Origin: Candidatus Kapaibacterium sp.
Lineage (GTDB): Bacteria; Bacteroidota; Ignavibacteria; Kapaibacteriales; NICIL-2
Assembly (NCBI GenBank): GCA_026003475.1
Contig: BPHJ01000001.1
Span: 1,922,098 to 1,986,097 of the forward strand
DNA length: 64,000 bases
Direction: 5' to 3'
The notes under the pieces are model-generated. The model made no database searches. It saw only the letters and a list, made by a program, of their open reading frames with translations, and was not told where the DNA came from. Below are positions 11,452-22,455 of this stretch, one piece after another. How positions within the stretch are numbered: the first letter of the stretch is position 1; the number at the start of each line of letters is the position of its first letter. Made by a program: the position numbers and the translations under genes.

Positions 11452-13623
11452 TTACCACTGCTGGCGCACACCCACGCGAAACATCACGTTCCGTGGTAAG
11501 CCCGGCTCGATGTACGCAGCACCCGCACTGGTCACATCAGGATTGATCCAGATGCTGGCAACATACCGCGCATCGCCAAGATTCATGCCGCGAAGCTCTG
11601 CCACAACCGACGTTCCAGCTCCGAGCGGCTGCTCATACCGGACTCCAGCATCGAAGACCGTATATGCCGGCACGGTGAGCTGATTCCGATCGTCAGCAAA
11701 ATAGCTGCCGACGTGGCGCAGCTCGACTTCCATGCGAAGCCGTTCCAGCCAGCGGGGTTGATACTGCAACCGAACTGTGGCATACACATTCGGCACACCC
11801 GGCATAGCATTCCCCGACAGATCGGCCCTCTTCCCGTCGAGGGCAGGATTGTAGGTCGCTTGCGTGTAGATCGAGTCAATGACATACTCGGCCAACTTTG
11901 TCTCCATGACCGTCAGCGCACCCAGCAGTGACAGACCATGAGCCAAGTCCGCCCGAAGCCCCAGCTCAACACCGAGCCGTTCGGTACGTCCTGCAGGCAG
12001 ATAAAAGCGTCCACCACGGTAGGGAATCAGATCGTTCCACGTGCGAATAAAGTATGCCGCCAGGTCGTAGCTCACCACCCGAAGGAACCCATCCCCGACA
12101 GCGAGAATGTGCTTGAGTCCTACCTCGTAGGTTTCCGATCGGATAGGCTCCAGCAGTGGATTGATGGCGCGGACAGTATCCTCGCCGAACACACTGGGAG
12201 GATCGGTCTCGTTACCCGCAGGAATTTCCACACCTCGACCATAGTTGAGGTACACACTGGCGAGGTCAGAGAAACGATAGGTCAACCCGACTTTGGGGGA
12301 GAGCTGGGCAAATGTTCGCCGATCGTTGAGTCGAGGATTGAGAAAATCGCCGTAGTAGTAGGTCAGCCAATCCTGCCGCAACCCCAGCAGCACGCTCCAT
12401 CGTCCGAACGTGAGTTCATCTTGAATGAAGGCGCCGGTATTCTCAGCCCCTTCGCGCTTGTTGGTTTGAAGCGATCCGCGCCCGCCGGTGGCGAGGTCGT
12501 AGCGATAGAACAAGATCGCACCGTCTTGGTACTGCTCGTCAACACCAATCAGGAGCTGATTCTGCAGATCGGTGCTGAGTTGGCTTGCCAGTTGGTAGGT
12601 CACGCTTCCGCCTACGTGGTAGCGCGTAAAGTCGCGGAAGGTGTTCCGCTCGGAACGCTGGAGGAACTTCGGTTGGGCAAACAATTGCACCATCAGCTCA
12701 CCCTCGCCGATTCCTTGCTCGAGTCGGACACCAATCCGACCGAGTCGGTTCGAGCGCCGCTCATCGCGGGCAACGTAGGTGGGGTTATAGATTGCTGGGT
12801 TATCCTGCGCTTTTTGCGGATTGCTCTGGAATTCCGCTTCGGTCAGCGGTCCGGGGATGCGAAAGGTATTCGAAGCACCGACGGCAAAGACGCCCAATTG
12901 GGTGCGTTCGGCAAGGCGCGAGACTGCCCCAGCGGTAAACTGGACATTCGAGGATTGGGAATGCACGCGCCACCCATCGAAGGAGGTGTTGGTAAGGTTG
13001 GCATAGACGACCCCATCGCTGCCGCCGAGTGGTGCAGCAAGCCGCACTGCCGAGCGGAGAAAGCCAAACGATCCGCCTGCGATCTCGGCGACAGCGTAGC
13101 GCGAGCCAAGCGCTGGAACTGTGCTCAAGTGGACGACGCCACCGGCAGCATTCCCCCACAGCGCGGATGCATTGGAGCGAAGAACCTCGATCCGCTCCGT
13201 ACTGCCCAGATCGAGCAGGTCGAAGGCAGTACGCCCATCGGGCTCGGTTTCGGGGAAACCGTCCAGGTAAAACCGCACCCCTCGCGATGTGCCCGCGTTC
13301 GAGCGCTCACCAGCACCACGCGCCCCAAAGCCACGAATCAACACCCGAACGTCGTGGTTGCCCGCCCGCGATTGCACCAGGGCACCGGGAACCAACGAGA
13401 GCGCTTCGTCCAAACCATAGTTCCGATTGAGTTGAAATTGTTCACGCGGTACGACGGTCGTCGCCAGCGGCACCTCGAGGTTGTACTCAGCTTGCCGCGT
13501 TGCGACCACTGTTACCGCGGTTGCATTGTAGTGGGCCGTGTCGCCACGGGTATTCCGTAGCAACGACGTCTGCGCAGTTGCCACAACTGCGCCACTGATC
13601 ATCAGCACGCACAATATTCGCAT
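11452..13623 (-). CDS. TonB-dependent receptor
   Basis: Signal peptide, plug motifs IRGFG and ERIEVLRS, C-terminal PGLPRNVMFRVGVRQQW. Confidence 0.92.
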   Translation of the reverse strand: MRILCVLMISGAVVATAQTSLLRNTRGDTAHYNATAVTVVATRQAEYNLEVPLATTVVPREQFQLNRNYGLDEALSLVPGALVQSRAGNHDVRVLIRGFGARGAGERSNAGTSRGVRFYLDGFPETEPDGRTAFDLLDLGSTERIEVLRSNASALWGNAAGGVVHLSTVPALGSRYAVAEIAGGSFGFLRSAVRLAAPLGGSDGVVYANLTNTSFDGWRVHSQSSNVQFTAGAVSRLAERTQLGVFAVGASNTFRIPGPLTEAEFQSNPQKAQDNPAIYNPTYVARDERRSNRLGRIGVRLEQGIGEGELMVQLFAQPKFLQRSERNTFRDFTRYHVGGSVTYQLASQLSTDLQNQLLIGVDEQYQDGAILFYRYDLATGGRGSLQTNKREGAENTGAFIQDELTFGRWSVLLGLRQDWLTYYYGDFLNPRLNDRRTFAQLSPKVGLTYRFSDLASVYLNYGRGVEIPAGNETDPPSVFGEDTVRAINPLLEPIRSETYEVGLKHILAVGDGFLRVVSYDLAAYFIRTWNDLIPYRGGRFYLPAGRTERLGVELGLRADLAHGLSLLGALTVMETKLAEYVIDSIYTQATYNPALDGKRADLSGNAMPGVPNVYATVRLQYQPRWLERLRMEVELRHVGSYFADDRNQLTVPAYTVFDAGVRYEQPLGAGTSVVAELRGMNLGDARYVASIWINPDVTSAGAAYIEPGLPRNVMFRVGVRQQW

Positions 13624-13756
13624 GGGAATGACAGAACAAAAAGTGGAACATGCATCAATTGAGAAACCACAGAACAAGTGTCCACTGCTGCCATGGCAGT
13701 GGAGCACACTTTGGGCACACACGATGGAGATGTGCCCGCTCAACCCTGTTGTTCTG

Positions 13757-14131
13757 TCAGCTCATGCGAGGAGGAACAAACGGCGGATTGCGAAACCCCG
13801 TTTGCGGTATCTCGACACGATCTCCCACTGTGAGGTAAGTTGCTTGTGGTGGCGATAGCACCGGCACGAACACACCCGTCATGTACACCAAACTCCGCTC
13901 AACGATGGTCAGCAGGACCAGCGCACCTTCGCCCTTACCACGGTGAGCATCCGAAAGCTCGTGGACGTATCGAGCACCCGCGAAGGGATTCGACGAACCC
14001 AACTCTTCCGGGCAGAAGTACAGGACAATGTCGTGCTTCTCCACAAAGTAGAGGCACCACATCACCAGCAGACTCTGCGAATAGAACAGAAAGGCTGCTG
14101 TCAGAACGACTGTCGTCACCACACGGACCAT
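13757..14131 (-). CDS. Small hypothetical protein upstream of the TonB receptor (N-terminal TM, C-terminal PPFVPP)
   Basis: ORF track; co-oriented with the receptor. Confidence 0.55.
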   Translation of the reverse strand: MVRVVTTVVLTAAFLFYSQSLLVMWCLYFVEKHDIVLYFCPEELGSSNPFAGARYVHELSDAHRGKGEGALVLLTIVERSLVYMTGVFVPVLSPPQATYLTVGDRVEIPQTGFRNPPFVPPRMS

Positions 14132-14215
14132 GTGGGCGCAAAATTAGCCGATTGTTTGCAAAGAATTCAACACTATTTTTGTTCCCATGTTCCATGCATT
14201 CTGGCACCAGTTCCC

Positions 14216-16834
14216 ATGCCCAATTTGCGTCGTTCTCTGGTAGTACTTACCCTTGCACTCGGTATTGTTGGCAGCGTTGGTGCTGCAGGTGGTGTCCCAC
14301 CAACCGGCAAGCCTGGATTGGAGCGCGAACGCGCCCGTGAACTCTTCCGTGTGGATAATTCTCCTCCTGCAGCGGTGGTGCGTTCTGCCAGCGATATTCC
14401 ACGGGTACTTGCTGCCGATCCGGACGACCGGTACTGGGATCCGCAATTTGGACCGAGCAGCACTGATCCTATCACCATCCAAACCATCGCCATCAAGGGA
14501 GATTCGATCATCGTGGGCGGTTTTTTCCGCTATTTCCTCGGCATGGATGCTTATTCGCTGGCACTGTGGAACGGACAGCGCTGGATGCCCTTGTTGACCG
14601 GCGGCGCCATTAGTGTCACTGGGTCGGTGGGCAGCATCAGTGCGATTGCGGTTGGACCCCATGGCGAGCTGGCTATCGCAGGGCAATTTGCACGCATCGG
14701 CGGTACGAGCGCCACTAACCTTGCTATCTACGATTGGCAGACCGTACGCCAAATTCCCGGAACGATTGATGGCACCATCACGACACTGGCATGGGTAGGC
14801 AACGATTTGTACGTTGGCGGTGCATTCAACAGCATTGACGGCATTGCTGGCACCAGCGGCATTGCCCGGTGGGATGGTTCCCAATGGCATGCGCTCGGCG
14901 AGGGCATTGGTGATGGGAACGTCTCGGTTATCTATCCCGATCGCACCGACCTCTATGTCGGCGGATCGTTCCGTCGGGCAGGGCAAGTACAAACCTCTGC
15001 TGTTGCTCGCTGGGATGGCTCACAGTGGCATGCGCTCGGCGAGGGCCTTGTGGGAGAAACCGCAAACGCTCCAGCACAGGTGCTCACACTCGGGAAGCTC
15101 TGGGATGGAAGCATCGTCGCCGGTGGTGATTTTTACCGAAGTGGCACCCAACTGGTACGTTACCTTGCGCGGTGGAACGGATCGGCTTGGGAGGAAATCG
15201 GTCCGCCCGATGGCATCGTCACCGCTCTGCTCGTTGATGGTGAGCGCCTCTACATCAGCGGTGGCTTTGAGAAAATCGGCAACGAGGCGATCCTCCTGGT
15301 TGCCTGGTGGGATGGAACAAGCTGGCATCCAATGGGTGGGGACCAAATCAACGGTACTGCAATGGCTCTTGCTCGATTCGGGGAGAACATCCTTGCCGGC
15401 GGGAGCTTCGATCTGCCCATTAGCCAGGACGTCATCTTGCGTGGCATTGCGCTTTGGAACGGCTGGACATGGCTTAGCGTCGGCGGTAGTCGCGGCAACG
15501 GGCTCGATGGCGACGTCGCCGATCTTCTGCCCGATGGTAATGGCAACGTCTATGCAATCGGGACATTTTCCAAAGCGGGACCGGTCCCTTCGCCTCGCAT
15601 CGCTCTCTTTACGGGTTCTCGCTGGCAGGCAGTCACGGGAGTTCCATTTCACAACCAACAGCGCCTGTTCCATCGCCTGGCACCATACCGCAACGGCACT
15701 ATCGCCATTGCAGCAGTGGTCACGCTCAACGGGCAGCCAACCCCAGCAGTCCTTAGCTACGATCCGGTGCTACGCTCAACCGAGCAGCTCGGTGTGATTG
15801 GCGGCGGTTTCACTACACGCAATGTGTTCAGCCTTGTTTACGACCAGCAGCGCGCCGTGCTCTACTGTGCTGGGAATTTTCGCACCATCAACGGGGATTC
15901 GGTCAATGGAATCGCTGCCTACGATGGGCAACAATGGCGTAGCCTTGCCGGTGGGATCACGAGCGGTTCGATCAATGCCCTTGCCGTGCTTCCCGATGGA
16001 ACATTGATCGCCGGCGGAAACTTCACCGCCATTGGTGGAACAGCGGCTTCGTCCATTGCGCGGTGGAATGGCACTGCATGGGAACCGCTCGGGGATGGCG
16101 TCCAGCGAGACGCTCAGCAAGGCACCGTCTATGCACTGCTGGTGCAGGGGAACTGGCTCTACGTTGCTGGCCTGTTCAACCGCGCTGGGTCGCAACCCTG
16201 CGCCAACATTGCACGGTGGGATTGGAGCACCAACACCTGGAGTGCACTTGCTGGTGGCGGGACCAATGGTGCGATCTACGCGCTCAGCATGTACGGTGGG
16301 CGGCTTGTCGCTGGCGGCGAGTTCACGCGGGTTGGGGATACGACTGCCAACCGCATTGCGCAGTACGACTTCGCAACGGAGCAGTGGTTGCGCATGGGAA
16401 GTGGCTTGGAAGGGAGCGCTGTTGCTGTCCGTGCCCTTGCTGTTGCCCAGGGTGCGCTCTGCGTTGGCGGATCGTTTGACCTTGCCGGCGGTCGTTCCTC
16501 GCGGGGATTTGCTCGCTGGCTGGGCACACTCAGTAGTAGTAGCGTTGAACCTTCCGATGCTGCCAGCAGCGAGCGCGCACCTTTTACACTCTTTCCCAAC
16601 CCGATTGGCCTGGAGGGCGTCCTAACGGCAACCGTGTCGCTTCCCCAAAGTGGTTGGCTGGAGCTGGCTGCCTACACGCTCGATGGGCGTTGTCTTGGGC
16701 AGCTCTGGCAGGGGACGCTCAGTGCTGGTGAGCATCGCTGCTTGCTCCCAGCGGCACAGCTTCCTCATGGCACCGTGCTCATCGTTGCCCGCTTGAGTGG
16801 ACGCCTGCTCGGCTCGGGCTTGGTCGCAAAGTAA
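14216..16834 (+). CDS. Secreted beta-propeller repeat protein with T9SS-like C-terminal domain
   Basis: Repeats LYVGGxF...IARWDGSQWHALG; C-terminal LFPNP...YTLDGR. Confidence 0.8.
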   Translation: MPNLRRSLVVLTLALGIVGSVGAAGGVPPTGKPGLERERARELFRVDNSPPAAVVRSASDIPRVLAADPDDRYWDPQFGPSSTDPITIQTIAIKGDSIIVGGFFRYFLGMDAYSLALWNGQRWMPLLTGGAISVTGSVGSISAIAVGPHGELAIAGQFARIGGTSATNLAIYDWQTVRQIPGTIDGTITTLAWVGNDLYVGGAFNSIDGIAGTSGIARWDGSQWHALGEGIGDGNVSVIYPDRTDLYVGGSFRRAGQVQTSAVARWDGSQWHALGEGLVGETANAPAQVLTLGKLWDGSIVAGGDFYRSGTQLVRYLARWNGSAWEEIGPPDGIVTALLVDGERLYISGGFEKIGNEAILLVAWWDGTSWHPMGGDQINGTAMALARFGENILAGGSFDLPISQDVILRGIALWNGWTWLSVGGSRGNGLDGDVADLLPDGNGNVYAIGTFSKAGPVPSPRIALFTGSRWQAVTGVPFHNQQRLFHRLAPYRNGTIAIAAVVTLNGQPTPAVLSYDPVLRSTEQLGVIGGGFTTRNVFSLVYDQQRAVLYCAGNFRTINGDSVNGIAAYDGQQWRSLAGGITSGSINALAVLPDGTLIAGGNFTAIGGTAASSIARWNGTAWEPLGDGVQRDAQQGTVYALLVQGNWLYVAGLFNRAGSQPCANIARWDWSTNTWSALAGGGTNGAIYALSMYGGRLVAGGEFTRVGDTTANRIAQYDFATEQWLRMGSGLEGSAVAVRALAVAQGALCVGGSFDLAGGRSSRGFARWLGTLSSSSVEPSDAASSERAPFTLFPNPIGLEGVLTATVSLPQSGWLELAAYTLDGRCLGQLWQGTLSAGEHRCLLPAAQLPHGTVLIVARLSGRLLGSGLVAK

Positions 16835-16907
16835 TTTTGCTTGGCAGTCGCTCCCGGCCAAGAATATCGAGTGGGAGCACCATGTGCAACGCATCTTTCC
16901 CATGCCA

Positions 16908-17390
16908 ATGAATGCAGCCACGATCCATTTGGCCATCAACCATGTGCCGCTGTTTGCCGCCATCACGGCTGCCGGTTTGCTCAGCGTCGCCCTCTTGCGG
17001 CGGAATCGAAGCCTCCTCCATGCTGGCATTTGGCTAACGCTCATCGGCGGCCTTGCAGCGCTTGTTGCGCTCCAAAGCGGCGATGCTGCTGAACATCTCC
17101 TCGAGCATGTGCCCGGTGTGCATGCTGCCGCCATCGAAGCACACGAGGAAAGCGCTCGGGTTGCTGTGCTGGGCTTGCTGGTCTGTGCTGGCATTGGGAT
17201 CGGTATCCTGTTGGGCACACGATGGTGGGGCACACGCTTTCAGTGGGGAGCAGCAATTGCTCTCCTTCTGGCAATCGTGGTATCGGTTGTGCTGACGGCA
17301 CAGGCTGCCCATAAGGGCGGCCTTATTCGCCACGCTGAGGAATTGGAAAATCGCCTGCCACCGCCGACCAACCAGCCAGACACGGAATGA
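16908..17390 (+). CDS. DUF2231-like membrane protein
   Basis: HLAINHVP, AHEESA, AHKGGLIRH conserved histidines, about 4 TMs. Confidence 0.65.
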   Translation: MNAATIHLAINHVPLFAAITAAGLLSVALLRRNRSLLHAGIWLTLIGGLAALVALQSGDAAEHLLEHVPGVHAAAIEAHEESARVAVLGLLVCAGIGIGILLGTRWWGTRFQWGAAIALLLAIVVSVVLTAQAAHKGGLIRHAEELENRLPPPTNQPDTE

Positions 17391-18748
17391 ACGCGCGCGC
17401 CATCATTCGATGGGTAGCAGGACTGCTCGACCGGCTCAGTCTCGAACGAGAGCGCGCAGAGCCTGCTGATACCCTCGCAGCAATCGAACGCGATATCGAG
17501 TTCCGTGGCGTCAACCTTTGGGTTCTTATTTGCGCCGTTGTCGTCGCATCGGTTGGATTGAATGTCAACTCGACGGCAGTTATCATCGGTGCGATGCTCA
17601 TCTCACCGCTGATGGGACCGATTATCGGGATCGGTGTGAGTCTTGCGACGTACAACCTGACGCTGCTCAAACGCTCCGCACGGAATTTTGGTGTCGCGGT
17701 GCTCTTCAGCGTGCTGACCTCGGCGCTCTACTTTGCGCTCTCTCCCCTGACCGAAGCCCAGTCGGAGCTCTTAGCGCGGACAAGCCCAACGATATGGGAT
17801 GTCTTGATTGCGTTTTTTGGTGGACTTGCCGGTATCATTGCCGCTACAAGTCGGGAGAAAAAGCTTACCGTCATCGCGGGCGTGGCGATCGCCACAGCGC
17901 TCATGCCACCGCTGTGCACCGCCGGTTATGGCATCGCGCGGTGGGATGGGCAATTCTTTTTCGGTGCAATCTACCTGTTCTCGATCAACACGGTGTTCAT
18001 CAGCACCGCAGCCTACTTGGTCTCTCAATTGCTTCGCTTCCCGAAGTGGCAACAAGAGAGCCAACAGTTGCAGCAGCGCGTCTATCGCATAGTACTCACC
18101 GTCGTGATTGTCACTGTGCTGCCGAGCATCTATCTTGCCTGGCGAGTCGTTCAGCAGACCGTCGCGGAGCAGCGTGTGCGCACATTCATCCAGAACGAGT
18201 TTAGCTTGCCCCGTACAACGGTGGTCAACTACTACCTTACGCAGCGTGCCGACTCATCAGTCCTCCAGGTGATCTTGGTGGGTGATCCTCTCGACAGCAC
18301 TGCTATTGCTGATCGCCAGCGCCGATTGGCGCAGTATGGACTCGCCGGTAAGCTGCGCTTAGAAATCGTGCAAGGGGGCACTCCTGCCGTCTCAACCGAG
18401 ACACTACGTGCTGCGGTGTTGGAGGACTTTTACCAGCGGAGCGAGCAGAAGCTCCGCACGCTGGAAGACAGCATACGGACTCTCGAACAAGCACTCGTGC
18501 TTGCTCGCCAGGACGAGCGTTTGACAGCTTCGCTTGCTGAGGAGGTTGCGGTCCTCTATCCCTCCGTTCGTGGGATTGCGGTGCGCCAGACGGTGCTCCA
18601 CCATCCGTCGAGCACTCAACCCGACACCCTCACCATTGCACTAGTCGAAATCGAACGGCCATCCCGTGCAACACTGAAGCAGCTCGAGCAGTGGCTCCGC
18701 ACGCGAACCCGTCAGCCAGAGCTTCGTTTGGTGGTACTTCCCCCGTAA
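17387..18748 (+). CDS. DUF389-family membrane protein
   Basis: [19 protein letters not shown] and [12 protein letters not shown] motifs. Confidence 0.9.
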   Translation: MNARAIIRWVAGLLDRLSLERERAEPADTLAAIERDIEFRGVNLWVLICAVVVASVGLNVNSTAVIIGAMLISPLMGPIIGIGVSLATYNLTLLKRSARNFGVAVLFSVLTSALYFALSPLTEAQSELLARTSPTIWDVLIAFFGGLAGIIAATSREKKLTVIAGVAIATALMPPLCTAGYGIARWDGQFFFGAIYLFSINTVFISTAAYLVSQLLRFPKWQQESQQLQQRVYRIVLTVVIVTVLPSIYLAWRVVQQTVAEQRVRTFIQNEFSLPRTTVVNYYLTQRADSSVLQVILVGDPLDSTAIADRQRRLAQYGLAGKLRLEIVQGGTPAVSTETLRAAVLEDFYQRSEQKLRTLEDSIRTLEQALVLARQDERLTASLAEEVAVLYPSVRGIAVRQTVLHHPSSTQPDTLTIALVEIERPSRATLKQLEQWLRTRTRQPELRLVVLPP

Positions 18749-19002
18749 CCGTCGGCGTCATTCCGACACAAACAACCGCACTTTTTGCCCAGCGGCGCTG
18801 TTCCGTAGAACTACGGAATTTTGTGCCGACCTCTTGCAGGGGAAAAATTGACGCTGTATTTTCGAAGCGAGAGCGTAGCCTTGCGCGCACTACATCGGAC
18901 GCGTTTCTGGGATCGCTCCCACGAGCACCATCCCCCCGGCACAGAGCCCCTTCGTCAACACAACGAACACGATTGGTCATGTCCCACATTTCTGTAGGAA
19001 CA

Positions 19003-20643
19003 ATGCTGATAGGTATTCGACGCATTGGACTTCTGCTTGCCTGCATTGCGATCACCGCAACGGCACAGAATCCGGAGTCATGGGCGGTTAGTTTTGGCGG
19101 AGGCATCGTCAACGGCATCAACGAAGCAGTGAGCCGACCGCTGACGGGGCAATTTCGTGCGGCATTGCTCTATGCAACCAGCCGTTCGGTTGCGATCGAA
19201 GCTGGTGGTGGGTACGCGCTGTTTGCGTCCTCAAAGCTGGAACGGTTCCGTGACTATCGTACTGAAGCACTGCCCCTGGACTTGCGGGTGCGAATTACGC
19301 CCTTCCAATTCCGCGGGGTCAAGCCATACATCTACGCCGGCTTGGGATACGTGTACTACCGCTACGACCCAGCTTCGATTACGCTGGGCGGCTATCGCGA
19401 CTTTCCTCCAACCGATCGCGCTGAAGATTCCGTCTCCGGCGCTGCTCCTTACGCACCACTGGGCATCGGACTGAACGTCAAGCTCAGCAATCGCTGGTCC
19501 CTCGATTTCGCGTTGGGCGGACACCCCACCTTCAACGACGACATGAACCCTCTCCACGATGCCCAAAATGATGCCTTCTGGAGTGGGCTTGTCAGCTTCA
19601 TGTACAGCTTCCGGGACGACATCACCGATACCGATGGCGATGGTTTGACCGATCTGGAAGAAGAGCAGCTCGGAACTGATCCGCTCAATCCCGATACCGA
19701 TGGCGACGGGCTCAAAGATGGCGAAGAAGTCAAGGTGTATCGGACCAACCCGCTCAATCCCGATACCGATGGCGATGGGCTCAAAGATGGAGCCGAAGTC
19801 AAACAGCACAAAACCGATCCACTCAAGCCGGACACCGACGGTGATGGACTCAAAGACGGCGACGAGGTCAATCAATACCGCACCAATCCTTTGAGTCCCG
19901 ATACCGACAACGACGGGCTCGGCGATTACGAAGAAATCATGCAGTACAAGACCAGCCCCGTCAAAGCCGATACCGATGGTGATGGCCTAAGCGATGGCGA
20001 AGAAATCAAGCAGTACAAGACCGATCCGCTCAAAGCCGATTCCGATGGCGATGGTCTAAGCGACGGCGAGGAAGTCAAGCAATACAAAACCGATCCGCTC
20101 AAAGTTGACTCCGACGGCGATCGCTTGAGCGACGGCGAGGAAGTCAAGACCTATCGCACCAACCCACTCGACCGCGATACCGACAAGGGCACTGTTGACG
20201 ACGGCACCGAAGTCCTTGTCCAAAAGACCAATCCGCTCGATCCGAGCGACGATGTGCCCAAGCCAAAGGAAGAAAAGAAACCCGCACTCGAAGTCGGTAA
20301 GAAGATGCGGCTGCAAGGCATCACCTTCAAAAAGAACAGCGCCGAAATTCTCCCGCGTTCGTATCCAGTGCTCGAGGAAGCACTCAAGACCTTGCAGGAC
20401 TATCCCGAAATGGAAATCGAGATTCAAGGCCACGCCTCCAAGTCTCGCAATAAACGACGCAAAGAGTCACAAGAGGTTCGGCTCTCGCAGCAGCGTGCAG
20501 AATCTGTGCGCATGTGGCTCATCAACCGCGGAATTGCTCCCACACGCATGATCGCAAAGGGCTATGGCACCAGCGAATTGATTGACCGTCGCCGTCCGTA
20601 TAGCTCGGTCAATCAGCGAATCGAGTTCCTGCGGATCAAGTAA
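19003..20643 (+). CDS. OmpA-family outer membrane protein with TSP3-like calcium-binding repeats
   Basis: N-terminal barrel, DTDGDGL repeats, OmpA C-terminal LSQQRAESV...NQRIEF; start 18979 also possible. Confidence 0.88.
   Translation: MLIGIRRIGLLLACIAITATAQNPESWAVSFGGGIVNGINEAVSRPLTGQFRAALLYATSRSVAIEAGGGYALFASSKLERFRDYRTEALPLDLRVRITPFQFRGVKPYIYAGLGYVYYRYDPASITLGGYRDFPPTDRAEDSVSGAAPYAPLGIGLNVKLSNRWSLDFALGGHPTFNDDMNPLHDAQNDAFWSGLVSFMYSFRDDITDTDGDGLTDLEEEQLGTDPLNPDTDGDGLKDGEEVKVYRTNPLNPDTDGDGLKDGAEVKQHKTDPLKPDTDGDGLKDGDEVNQYRTNPLSPDTDNDGLGDYEEIMQYKTSPVKADTDGDGLSDGEEIKQYKTDPLKADSDGDGLSDGEEVKQYKTDPLKVDSDGDRLSDGEEVKTYRTNPLDRDTDKGTVDDGTEVLVQKTNPLDPSDDVPKPKEEKKPALEVGKKMRLQGITFKKNSAEILPRSYPVLEEALKTLQDYPEMEIEIQGHASKSRNKRRKESQEVRLSQQRAESVRMWLINRGIAPTRMIAKGYGTSELIDRRRPYSSVNQRIEFLRIK
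19627..20244 (+). repeat. Nine ~69-bp coding tandem repeats (DTDGDGLxDGEEVxxYxTxPL)
   Basis: Counted in the translation. Confidence 0.9.
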
Positions 20644-20660
20644 ATCGCGGCATATCACGC

Positions 20661-20699
20661 AAAAAGCCCTTTCCTGCTCTGCGCGGGAAAGGGCTTTTT
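20661..20699. terminator. Bidirectional rho-independent terminator
   Basis: AAAAAGCCCTTTCCTGC...GCGGGAAAGGGCTTTTT between convergent ompA-like gene and purK. Confidence 0.85.
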
Positions 20700-20730
20700 C
20701 GTTGCCGTGTGGCGCGCAACAACGCGCGTG

Positions 20731-21897
20731 TTACCAAATGAATCCTTCCGCAGCTCCTCGTGCACGGCCCAGCGCTTCGTCGAGCGTGTTTCCGACCGCA
20801 GTGATATGCCCCATCTTCCGCCCAACGCGGCAATCGTTCTTGCCGTACAGATGGAGCCATGCTCTCCCATGGCCGAGCGCCTCGATGGGACTGTCGGGAA
20901 TACCGCTACCGCTGCGCTCTCCGAGCAGGTTGATCATCACCGCTGCTGGAACAATCATATCGGGCGCACCCAGTGGCAAATTGCACACTGCACGAACGCA
21001 GTTTTCGAACTGCGAGGTCTGGCATGCTTCGATCGTGTAATGTCCGCTGTTGTGCGGGCGCGGTGCTATTTCGTTGAAGAGCACCCGGCCATCCTCGGTC
21101 AAGAACAGCTCGACGCCGAAGACCCCAACTCCACCAACAGCTTCGACGGCAGCACGAGCAAGCGCACGCGCCTGCTCGGCAAGGGCAGGTTCAATAGGCG
21201 CTGGGGCTAACACGGCACGGCAAATGTGCTGTTCTTGGATTGTCTGCACACAGGGATACACCACGTGTTCACCCCGCCTATTTCGCGCAACGATCACGGC
21301 AAGTTCCATCCGAAAGCGGACGAATTCTTCCACCATAAGCTCCCGCGGATGCTCCCCGCTTCGGAAGCGCTGCCAGACGGCAGCAATATCGCGCGCGGAT
21401 TCTATCAGGGCATTGCCGTAGCCATCGTAGCCGAACGTGCGCGTCTTGACCACAACCGGATAGCCATGTCCGGCAGCAAATGCGGTAATATCGTCCGAGG
21501 TTTGCGCTGCAGCAAATGCTGGTGTCGGGATACCTGCACGCGCCATTGTTTGCTTTTGTACGAGCTTATCACGCACAAGCGCAACCGTCCGCGGTTCGGG
21601 CAAGACCAAGCGTCGCTCCGCTACGCGTTCGAGGAGCTCTGGCGCAACGAACTCGTTTTCAAGCGTGACAATGTCGCAAGCGTTGGTGAAGCGATCGAGT
21701 TCCTCCGGGTCGTTCCACCCGCCGGGGAATTCAAGCTTGGTCATCACGCCGGCCGGCGATGGGGTCCCATGCTCGATGATGGCAACCCGAAGCCCCAGCC
21801 GATAGGCAGCCATTGCGGTCATCTTTGCAAGCTGCCCACCACCAATGATGCCGATGATGAGGACGCGTCCTGGATCGTACGGCGATGGCAGCATCAA
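20731..21897 (-). CDS. purK: N5-carboxyaminoimidazole ribonucleotide synthase
   Basis: GGGQLAKM, GYDGYGN, NEIAPRPHNSGH, GRKMGH. Confidence 0.95.
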   Translation of the reverse strand: MMLPSPYDPGRVLIIGIIGGGQLAKMTAMAAYRLGLRVAIIEHGTPSPAGVMTKLEFPGGWNDPEELDRFTNACDIVTLENEFVAPELLERVAERRLVLPEPRTVALVRDKLVQKQTMARAGIPTPAFAAAQTSDDITAFAAGHGYPVVVKTRTFGYDGYGNALIESARDIAAVWQRFRSGEHPRELMVEEFVRFRMELAVIVARNRRGEHVVYPCVQTIQEQHICRAVLAPAPIEPALAEQARALARAAVEAVGGVGVFGVELFLTEDGRVLFNEIAPRPHNSGHYTIEACQTSQFENCVRAVCNLPLGAPDMIVPAAVMINLLGERSGSGIPDSPIEALGHGRAWLHLYGKNDCRVGRKMGHITAVGNTLDEALGRARGAAEGFIW

Positions 21898-22439
21898 CGG
21901 AAGTAGTAAATGATACCCAGTTGCGGCGTCGGGAAGACCTGAACCCCCAGCTCACCAATGAAAAACGTCAGTGGAGCTTCTACCGTCAACGCAGCAGCCC
22001 GCGAAATGAACCACTCATAACCAACCCCCAGCCCCAAGCGTGTTGGGTACGAGAGCACGTTCCCTACCGAATCTTTATCGTCGGCATAGTAGCCAAGACC
22101 GGCCAATCCATAGAACCGCGAGTCGAGCGAGTTGTCGAATTGATACTGCACCTCAGCACCGACCGAATACCATGACCGATTTTTGCCAGCAGTAATGTAG
22201 CCAGCATTCAGCTCCAGTGCATATCGCTGGGGCGAGGTGTAGCGGAACGAAAACCCAACGCCCGAGACAAAGCCAAGCTGGAACCCGACACCGTAGTACG
22301 GCGCCACATCGAGCGCAACCGCTGGGCGTTCGGCAGTGGTATCTGCAGCACGAAGCGTTCGCTGGGGAATTTGCTGTGCAGACGCACTAAGCGCTCCAGC
22401 AAGCAAACACACCAGAGCAGTTCGGTACAACGACATCAT
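21894..22439 (-). CDS. Outer-membrane beta-barrel protein
   Basis: Signal peptide, alternating beta strands, C-terminal GIIYYFR. Confidence 0.7.
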   Translation of the reverse strand: MMSLYRTALVCLLAGALSASAQQIPQRTLRAADTTAERPAVALDVAPYYGVGFQLGFVSGVGFSFRYTSPQRYALELNAGYITAGKNRSWYSVGAEVQYQFDNSLDSRFYGLAGLGYYADDKDSVGNVLSYPTRLGLGVGYEWFISRAAALTVEAPLTFFIGELGVQVFPTPQLGIIYYFR

Positions 22440-22455
22440 GACACCAGAAACACCA

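Noticed and set aside
11938-13560. 540-aa antisense ORF opposite the TonB receptor
   Set aside because: Shadow ORF with no family signature.
19627-20244. 69-bp tandem repeats as a CRISPR-like or novel array
   Set aside because: They are coding TSP3-like calcium-binding repeats within an OmpA protein.
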